IMG/VR virus record: IMGVR_UViG_3300010885_004110
Span: 32,001-96,000 of that record
Origin: a virus
Strand: one strand, 5' to 3'
Length of the DNA stretch: 64,000 nt
The notes below the pieces were generated by a model. The model was not told where the DNA came from, searched no databases, and saw only the letters and a program-made list of their open reading frames with translations. The stretch's first letter is position 1, and every line of letters begins with the position of its first letter. Positions 20,782 through 28,500 of this stretch are shown here, one piece after another. The position numbers and the translations under genes were made by a program.

Positions 20782-21280
20782 GCACATAGTAGGCTCAATA
20801 AATTTAGGCAAGTTATCGCCAAACAAGCCCGCACAGGCGATTATATTGTGCCCAAAATCCGTTCTGATGTGTGACGGTAAGGAATCTCTTATTGGCGAAG
20901 AGTAGCAAATCACTATCCTTAACAGGACGACGATCGGATATGCCTTTCATAAAACCGGTTTGATTTGTAAGAGAATTCAGTAGACAAGGCTAAAAGAAGG
21001 GAGAAAAACCCTTAGACTAATGTATGTGTTAGCGTATGTATGTTAGTCCACCGTCAGTAATAAGACAAAGCTCGTGGTACCGGCTGACCGCCACTGTAAT
21101 GCTTTAACGCTAAGTGTATTGTGCAACTCACATAATGCTAACTTTACCCTGCTCGGGTAAAGTGTGACTGAACAATCTACATAATACTTAAACTGCTTCG
21201 CAGTAAAATATCTCATCATTAAAGAAGAAAAAATTCGTTGAGCGTTAAGCGAAAACGAATACGAGCGTTAGCTCGTAAAT
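20782..21280 (+). ncRNA. Candidate large structured non-coding RNA (or structured origin) downstream of the GIY-YIG gene
   Basis: ~500 nt without an ORF in a gene-dense genome; more than ten local and long-range helices found by eye, several using G-U pairs on the + strand (see finding). Confidence 0.55.
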
Positions 21281-21283
21281 ACA

Positions 21284-21290
21284 ATAAATA
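21284..21290 (+). promoter_or_regulatory. Late promoter box ATAAATA
   Basis: Upstream of the 638-aa ORF; a second TAAATA lies at 21276-21281. Confidence 0.55.
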
Positions 21291-21307
21291 ACACATATAT
21301 CTTTAGG

Positions 21308-23224
21308 TTGAGCATGAGAATACAACAATTATCTACTAGTAAGCATTATCTCTATGAAGGACTGGACTATAGTAATAGAAAAACTATGGTTTTATGGGAA
21401 AGTGCTGGCTTACAATTAAAAGAAGCAGCTCTAACAGCTGATCAAATACAAAGTCTATTTGCTGAGATTGAGAAATCAGCAACAGATGCTGGGGGTAATC
21501 GTACAGCCCTAGGTATTGGCAAAGATGCAATGTCTGCTGTTAATAAAGCATGGGAAGATCTAAAAACAAAGATTCAAGATAGTGGTCCGATTAAAGCTGT
21601 TGATCAGAAATATGATGATGTTGTTGGGAAGATCGAAAAAGGTTTAGGTGGCCCAGACAATGCTGTTAATCAAGTAATTCAAAAATATCGTCAATTTGCT
21701 AAAGATCATCCTATTGCACAGGGTCTAATCTATTCAGCACTAATTGCTGCTGCTGGTATTAGTGGTGCAGGTCTAGGTGGAGCAGCAGTATTAGGACTGC
21801 TCAAGATGACAGACAAGCTGCTACAAGGTGAAAAATTTAGTAGTGCTGCATATGCTGGCGGTAAAACTGGTGCTATGGCCTACGGTGCAAGTAAAATTGG
21901 AGATTATGTCAAGGGCAAAATGGCAGACAAAGATGCCTATGATGCCATGGGTGATGCACAGGATCTAAGACAACAACTAGGCGATCCTAATGGCGAATTG
22001 CCTGGCGCTAGTTTAAAAGTAGGCCAAGAACTTCCGGACGGCGAAACTATTACTGGATTAGATTCAAGTAACCCAAATGCAGGTGTTACTATTACAAAAC
22101 CAGATGGCGGAACATATACAGTTAGTCGAGACACTGCCCAGTCAATGACAGGTCAAACTGGTATTAGTCCTCAATCAACTGGCCCTGTTTCAACAGGTGC
22201 TGCTAGTGATCCTTCTGCAGGTGTTACTGACACTGTAGCCAAGCGTGGTAATTCGGGTTGGGACACAATGAAGGCAAATACAAATCCTGATGGTAGTCCA
22301 TTGACAGTAGATCAAATAAATGCTGCTAAGGCTTCGTTACGTGCAGGTAATGCAACTGATATGTCCACCCCGACAGATGCTGGATCAACAGTTGCATCTA
22401 AAGCAGCAGATGTTGCTGTTGGTGCTGGTAGTCCGCCACCGGCCGGAGCAGCATTTAATTCTGCCTATCTACAACAGGTAGTAGATGCAGAAGGTAAAAG
22501 CGGTATAAGATTTAAAATTAGTCCCGAGGATGCACAAAAAGCTCTAGATTGGCAAGACTCAAATGGCGGACAACTTGTACAGGCTGCTAGTACCGCAGGC
22601 AAAGCTGCCTCTGGATATAGTAAAGACTACTTAGAAAAAGTCTTAAGTGGTGATCATCCACGCCCAATGATTTCAAAAGAAAAAGCTGCTGCCTTATTGA
22701 AGAGTATGGAAAGCGTTAATCGTAGTGGAAAACGATTAAGTGAAGGTCAGATTTATCTAGTTTTTAATCGTGTCTGTACTGTTAACAATTATATGTTATC
22801 AGAAGGTCGATTAGTTGAAGGTCCTATGGATTGGGCTAAAGGACTTGCAGGTAAAGCAATAGGTAAAGCTAAGACAGTTGGACATAATTTAACAACTAAA
22901 GTCACTGCCGACAAATTAAACTCAGCTTGGCAAAAAGCTGGAAGTCCAATGGACAGTGCCAAACTTAAGGCATTCTTAACACAGCAAGGTGTTTCACCGG
23001 AAGTAGTAGACACTGTATATTCATCTATGAAAATAACAGATGCACCAGCCGATCAACAAGGACAAGCAGTTGACTTTGAACAAGTTAAAGCAATGATTGC
23101 TAAATTACCTTTAGATAGAAAAGAAAGATTATTAAAATATATACAAAAGAATTCAGGATCTGCTGCGCCAGCAGCACCGAATAGAGATGCCGGAGACGGC
23201 CGCATAGAACCAACACTCGCATAA
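21308..23224 (+). CDS. Putative internal head / ejection protein (probable start MRIQQL at 21314)
   Basis: Late promoter; several L-x-E motifs resembling gp21 cleavage sites; Gly/Ala hydrophobic segment IAQGLIYSALIAAAGISGAGLGGAAVLGLL. Confidence 0.5.
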   Translation: MSMRIQQLSTSKHYLYEGLDYSNRKTMVLWESAGLQLKEAALTADQIQSLFAEIEKSATDAGGNRTALGIGKDAMSAVNKAWEDLKTKIQDSGPIKAVDQKYDDVVGKIEKGLGGPDNAVNQVIQKYRQFAKDHPIAQGLIYSALIAAAGISGAGLGGAAVLGLLKMTDKLLQGEKFSSAAYAGGKTGAMAYGASKIGDYVKGKMADKDAYDAMGDAQDLRQQLGDPNGELPGASLKVGQELPDGETITGLDSSNPNAGVTITKPDGGTYTVSRDTAQSMTGQTGISPQSTGPVSTGAASDPSAGVTDTVAKRGNSGWDTMKANTNPDGSPLTVDQINAAKASLRAGNATDMSTPTDAGSTVASKAADVAVGAGSPPPAGAAFNSAYLQQVVDAEGKSGIRFKISPEDAQKALDWQDSNGGQLVQAASTAGKAASGYSKDYLEKVLSGDHPRPMISKEKAAALLKSMESVNRSGKRLSEGQIYLVFNRVCTVNNYMLSEGRLVEGPMDWAKGLAGKAIGKAKTVGHNLTTKVTADKLNSAWQKAGSPMDSAKLKAFLTQQGVSPEVVDTVYSSMKITDAPADQQGQAVDFEQVKAMIAKLPLDRKERLLKYIQKNSGSAAPAAPNRDAGDGRIEPTLA

Positions 23225-23235
23225 GGAATAACACC

Positions 23236-24378
23236 ATGAGAATTAATGAATTTTTAACCGAATCGGAATTGCAAGAAGGCCCAATTCTAAATAAAATAGG
23301 AGCAGGCATCGGCAAAGCTGTTGGAACAGCAGCCAAGGGAGTCGGAGCAGTTGCTGGCGGAGTTGCGGGATTAGGTCGTGCAATCAAAAAAGGTTTTACG
23401 GCAGGTAGAGACACAGTCGGTGGAGCAGGCGACGATGAAGCAGATGCAGCACCAGCAGGAGGAGGTGCCTCAGCAGCACCAGCAGCACCAGCAGGTAATG
23501 CACCAGCAGGTAATGCACCAGCAGCGCCAACAGCACCAGCAGGTAATGCGCCAGCAGCACCAGCAGGTAATGCACCAGCAGGTAATGCACCAGCAGCGCC
23601 AGCAGCACCAGCAGCACCAGCAGCACCAGCAGGTAATGCACCAGCAGCGCCGGCAGCACCTAAATCACAATTTGGAAAATTATCAGCAGCAGCAAATGGC
23701 GAACCCGCAGCACCGGCAGCTAATCCTAAAGCAGATACAGCATATGCTCAAGCGCAAAAAGCAATTGCAGGATTAGATTCTAAACAAAAAGGTGAGTTAG
23801 TTGCAATGTTGCAGAAAGAAGTTAGTAAAAAACCGCCTGCTGCTCCGAAGACAAAAGCTGATCCAGGTGCAGGAGCAATGGGTAACATGGCAGGACAGTT
23901 AGCTAAAGGTGGAGCAGCAAAACCAAACACAATGGCTAATGCTCCAGTGAGCAAAACAAATACTGCCAAGCCCGGTAATCCAAATGCAGCACCAGCCGGT
24001 AACTACAATGGAAATACCGGAGCACCGGTATCAGGTAAAGCTAAAGCAGATGCAGAATTTGATGCTAGTCCAGAAGGTCAAGCAATGCAAGCTAAAGTTG
24101 ATGCAATGGGAACTACTCCAACAAAACCAAAAAGAGCATCAAGAGCTAAAGCGCCAGCAGCAGCGCCTGTAGATCCTACAGCAGCACCAGGTGCTGAGCC
24201 AACAACTCCAAAGAAGAAAGGTGGACGTAAGAAGCCAGCAGCACCAAGTCAAGCAGAGATTGATGCAGACAGAGATCGTATCATGGGTAACTTTACCGAC
24301 AGCGTTAATCGATATAAGAAAGTTATAGCAGAAAATGCTATTAGGTCCGGAGAGATTAGTATTTTTAGAAAGCGTTAA
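23236..24378 (+). CDS. Pro/Ala-rich putative internal head protein
   Basis: AAGGA RBS; N-terminus MRINEFLTESELQEG resembles T4-type capsid-targeting/propeptide sequences; low-complexity APAGN/APA repeats. Confidence 0.6.
   Translation: MRINEFLTESELQEGPILNKIGAGIGKAVGTAAKGVGAVAGGVAGLGRAIKKGFTAGRDTVGGAGDDEADAAPAGGGASAAPAAPAGNAPAGNAPAAPTAPAGNAPAAPAGNAPAGNAPAAPAAPAAPAAPAGNAPAAPAAPKSQFGKLSAAANGEPAAPAANPKADTAYAQAQKAIAGLDSKQKGELVAMLQKEVSKKPPAAPKTKADPGAGAMGNMAGQLAKGGAAKPNTMANAPVSKTNTAKPGNPNAAPAGNYNGNTGAPVSGKAKADAEFDASPEGQAMQAKVDAMGTTPTKPKRASRAKAPAAAPVDPTAAPGAEPTTPKKKGGRKKPAAPSQAEIDADRDRIMGNFTDSVNRYKKVIAENAIRSGEISIFRKR
23471..23660 (+). repeat. Coding tandem repeats (GCACCAGCA 9-mer and GCACCAGCAGGTAAT 15-mer units)
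   Basis: Directly visible; encode APA/APAGN. Confidence 0.9.
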
Positions 24379-24380
24379 AC

Positions 24381-24406
24381 AAAAAGGGCTCTAAGAGCCC
24401 TTTTTT
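24381..24406. terminator. Bidirectional rho-independent terminator
   Basis: AAAAAGGGCTC-TAA-GAGCCCTTTTTT between convergent genes. Confidence 0.9.
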
Positions 24407-24407
24407 A

Positions 24408-24641
24408 TTAGAAGAACGGTAGTCCCGACTTTTTAGTTGTTTCAAGATTGTCTTTGATGATTTCACCAACTATACCACGTTCCTCACTACTGAGCATTAA
24501 TGCATCCCAGTAATTCATGCCACGCATGTACCAGCATATCTTCAAGATATCTTTTTTAATTTCCTTAGCCTCTTTTTCGAGATGCTGCACATACAGTAGG
24601 ATCTCCGGCTGAGGAAGAATTAAGAGCCTACCCCGAAAAAA
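24408..24641 (-). CDS. C-terminal (T-like) part of the tail assembly chaperone, probably reached by -1 frameshift
   Basis: The -1 frame is open from the slippery TTTTTTC (24641-24635) into the annotated 60-aa ORF: FRGRLLILPQPEILLYVQHLEKEAKEIKKDILKICWYMRGMNYWDALMLSSEER... Confidence 0.65.
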   Translation of the reverse strand, partial: FFRGRLLILPQPEILLYVQHLEKEAKEIKKDILKICWYMRGMNYWDALMLSSEERGIVGEIIKDNLETTKKSGLPFF

Positions 24642-25477
24642 TTTGTTTGATCCATTGTAAGCTCAACGTTAAATTCGTGCTCACATTCTAGACATTTAAC
24701 ATTTTGAGATTTTAATGACATTAAATCTTTCATTTCGGAAATACGTTCGTTTACCATGTTGAATACTTGACTTGATGTATTCTCCATAAACTCTTTAATC
24801 ATACCTTTGTCATTAACAATCCCTTCGGGAGTTTCAATACTAGCAATACAATTGACAACAATATCAACAGTAAGTTCTGTTAATTTTACAAAACTCTCAC
24901 CAAACTTTTCAACTTTTTCTTCTTCTGATAAGTTTTCATCTGTTACCACTGCAATTAACTTTTGTTGTTCAAACGTCTTGATAGCAGCTTTGGTAATTTC
25001 TTTATAGTTGTAAGGTCTTAGATTAATAATCAATCCGTTGACCTCTAATCGACTATCATAATGGAACTCGGCAGCATGATCTAAATATTTTAATAAATCT
25101 AAATCGTATTCATTTCGATGCTCGCATGCAGGACAGTCTGTTGATACTTCCATGCTTTCACCATAACTGGCAATACGGATAGCAATTAACACAGTGTCCA
25201 AATCAATGCTGGGCATAAGCCAAGGATTTTTAATAGCCGGAATGCAACTTTTAATAACCTCAACAGTTGCTTGCCCGTTCATTAATGCATCCGGAGTCTT
25301 AAACATTAATTCGTCTTTAGCTGTCATTGCATACACAGCATATTCGTCGTTTTGACTTACATCTAACGATCCTTCTTTATAATACTCACCGTGACTAGGC
25401 AATCGAATAAACAATTTTGGTTGTCTAAAATAATTGGCTAGAGGGTTGCCAATAGGCTTATTAACTTGATCTGACAT
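24620..25477 (-). CDS. gp26: Baseplate hub / tail assembly chaperone, gp26-like
   Basis: YFRQPKLFIRLPS...MTAKDELMFKTPDAL...DLDTVLIAIRIASYGE, two CxxC motifs (CPAC, CLEC), C-terminal NFF. Confidence 0.72.
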   Translation of the reverse strand: MSDQVNKPIGNPLANYFRQPKLFIRLPSHGEYYKEGSLDVSQNDEYAVYAMTAKDELMFKTPDALMNGQATVEVIKSCIPAIKNPWLMPSIDLDTVLIAIRIASYGESMEVSTDCPACEHRNEYDLDLLKYLDHAAEFHYDSRLEVNGLIINLRPYNYKEITKAAIKTFEQQKLIAVVTDENLSEEEKVEKFGESFVKLTELTVDIVVNCIASIETPEGIVNDKGMIKEFMENTSSQVFNMVNERISEMKDLMSLKSQNVKCLECEHEFNVELTMDQTNFFGVGS

Positions 25478-25488
25478 TTTTTTCTCCG

Positions 25489-25495
25489 ATAAATA
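25489..25495 (+). promoter_or_regulatory. Late promoter box ATAAATA for the tape-measure/head operon
   Basis: ~50 nt upstream of ATG 25544. Confidence 0.55.
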
Positions 25496-25510
25496 CTTTA
25501 TCTACTCGTG

Positions 25511-25518
25511 TATTTATA
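25511..25518 (-). promoter_or_regulatory. Exact T4 late promoter TATAAATA for the gp26-like gene
   Basis: tatttata on + strand; GGAG RBS before ATG 25477. Confidence 0.7.
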
Positions 25519-25543
25519 TGCGTAGTTTTTGGGGTTTTATTAA

Positions 25544-28500
25544 ATGGCAGAAGTAACCGGTGATTTTGGCGGACAGCCAATACAATTAAACAACGCAGCT
25601 ACTGAAGCAACGTTGAAGCAACTTCTTGCGGCAATGCTGGCCAGTGTGGCGCAGCAGGGTAAGAATACCAAAAAAGATATTAAAATACAGCAAGACCTAG
25701 AAGCAGAATTACGAAAGATAGCCAAAGGCGCACAGGATTTTAAGAAAGCACAAGCCGATGCCGCTGCTGCTACTAAAGATAATACTAAGAAAATAGATGA
25801 TGCTGCTGAAGCCACGAAGAAAAATACCAAAGCAACAGCAGATGCAAAGAAAGCACAAGAAGAATACAAAAAGAAACTAGAAGAAAACATTGCAATGATC
25901 GGAGCATTAAGCTCTGCCATTGAAAACGGTGTTGGACAAATTAACAAAATAACTAGTAGCTTTACCAACATGGGTAGCAGTGTTACGGCAGCAGCAGCGT
26001 CGTTAAGCGCAATACCAGTAGTTGGTAATATGCTTGCCGGAGTGTTTGGTACAGTTGCCGGAGCAGCTGAAAAGAGTTACAAAGCCTTTCAGCAATCTGC
26101 TAGTGTTGGTGCAAACTTTGGCGGTAGTATTAATGACATGATTCGTGCATCTAGTGATGCAGGATTAACCTTTGATCAGTTTAGTGGAGTTGTTGCAAAG
26201 AACGGTGAAGCATTAGCTTTACTAGGTGGAAGCACTAGAGATGGCGCAAAACGACTAGCAGAACTAGGTAAAGAAATTAAAAAGTCTCCATTAATGGGAG
26301 AACTTGCAGGACTTGGCTACAGCACAGAAGAAGTTAATTCTGGTATGGCCAAATACTCAAGTATGTTGGCCAAGACAGGTCAGTTGGAAGGAAAAACAAA
26401 TGCACAATTAGTTGCTGGCAGTGCAGAATATCTTAAGAATTTAGATCAACTATCTCGACTAACTGGACAGAGCAAAGATGCATTACAAGCCCAACAAGAT
26501 GCGCTAATGGCCGATGCTCAGTTTCGTTCAAGATTGCAAGGCATGGACGAAGCCGGACAAGCACGATTGAATAAATTAATGTTGAGTTTGCCTGCTAGTC
26601 TACAAAAAGGTGCTAAGGAATTTATAGCCTTCGGTGGTGCCACTACTGATGCTGGTAGAGAATTTGCAACATTCATGCAGAAAGGTGCAGGAGCATCTAA
26701 TGCAGCATTTAGAGAAATTGAACAAAGTGGTACGTTGTCACAGAAAGGTGCCGATGCTGTATACAGTGCTATTAAAGAAGATGCCGATGCACTTAAGAAA
26801 AGCGGTACCGGTAAATTAATTGCCAACGTTGGTAATGGTGCGCAACAGGCCATTGCATTAGATGCAATGAATCTTTCCGCAAGAAAAACTACAACATCAC
26901 AAATACAAAAGCAACAAGAAGAAGAATTAGCAGCACAAAAAGAAAGAACTAAGAAAGCTCAGGAAGGAATGAATCCTGAGGCAATGATGAAATTCCAACA
27001 GTTGATTGCTGAAACAAGTAATCGATTTACAGAGATGGTTGGTAATCATTTACCTCAACTACAAAGTATGTTTACAAAGCTAGCAGGCTTTGTCGAGTCG
27101 TATGTACTACCAGCATTTTCTTTAATTGCAAAACACATTGAAATTGTTGTTGCTGGTATGATTGCACTAAAAGTAGCACAGCTGGCTTATAAAGCTGCAA
27201 TGTTTGTTGAGAAGATGAAAGAAGGTAAACGTCCAGCAGGTACCTCGGCTGATCCAATTCATACTACCGATGGTGGCAAAGGTGGTGGACTTGACGGCGG
27301 TAATGGTAAGGGCGGTAAGAAAGGTGGCAAAGCAGGTGGAATGAAAGGTGCAGGCGGCCTCGTAAAAGGGGTAGCAGTGCTTGGTGCAGTAACAGCACTA
27401 GTTGGTTTGTATGATGATATCAAAGATGTTAATAAAGAAGTTGATTCTGGAGATATCACCGAACGTGAAGGAACTGTAAAGAAAGGTGAAGCTGTTGGTA
27501 CCGCTGCAGGTACCGCAGGGGGAGCATGGGCCGGAGCAGCCGCAGGAGCAGCTATTGGTTCAGTAGTACCTATTGTTGGTACAGTTGTAGGCGGCTTAAT
27601 TGGCGGAGCCATTGGTGGTTGGTTGGGTGGAAAAGGTGGTGCAATGATTGGTAGTAGTGTAACAGAAGCTGTTACAGAATTATCAATGGACGATCTCAAG
27701 AAAGATAAAAATCTTTATAAACAATATCTAGACAAGTATAATGAATCGCTAAACCGCAATTTAAAATTAGGTAAATCCAAAGAAGAAGCAGATAAACTTG
27801 CAATAGCAGAAGCCAATAAAGCCCTCAATGTTAAGAAAGAAGAAATAAAAGTCACCAAAGCCAAAATTGAAGCAGATGCAAAAGCAGCAGATGCAGCAAA
27901 AACAGCAGCAGCAACACCAGCCGAACCTGCGCCAGAATTAGATTTTGGTGATCCACAAAAACTATTTGATTCATTTAAGAAGCGCCAAGATGCACTATCC
28001 GGACAACCGCAAGTTGCACCTCCTGCCGGCAACGTTCCTGCTCCGGCAGCAGTAGTACCACCGGGCGGCGCTGTTGCTACTCCTCCACCACTTAAGCAAG
28101 ATCAAACTAAAAATATGGAGTTGATTAAAGCAGCTCTACAAAAACAAGGAATAACAGATCCTAAGTACATTGCAGCAACACTTGGCAATGTTATGAAAGA
28201 GACTGGCGGTCAAAGTAAGTCGGAAAATTTAGATTACTCTAAAACTAGTAATGATAGAATTAAATCAGTATTTGGTTCTAGAGCAGCAGGCAAGACTGAT
28301 CAAGAATTAAATCAAATAAAATCAGACCCTAAACAAATGGGTGAGATGATGTATGGCGCAAGTACTAAAATGGGCCAACAGATGGGCAACACTGAACCGG
28401 GCGACGGTTGGAAATATCGAGGTCGTGGCTTTATTCAACTTACTGGTAAAAGCAATTATGCACAGGCATCTAAGGCAATTTATGGTGACGACAGGTTAGT

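Noticed and set aside
20782-21230. Group I intron (GACTA...TAGTCC resembles P7; GIY-YIG neighbour)
   Set aside because: Only ~22 nt separate the two strands, leaving no room for P3'/P8, and no interrupted exon pair is evident: flanking genes look complete and the downstream one has its own late promoter.
20782-21280. tRNA, tmRNA or RNase P RNA
   Set aside because: No cloverleaf/TTCGA-CCA end, no GGGG...CCA tmRNA ends and no GAGGAAAGTCC RNase P motif seen.
23471-23660. CRISPR array (also considered for 29125-29760)
   Set aside because: Units are tandem, in-frame multiples of 3 with no unique spacers.
23378-23776. Gln/His-rich 132-aa ORF and Leu/Val-rich antisense ORF
   Set aside because: Alternative-frame read-outs of the APAGN coding repeats.
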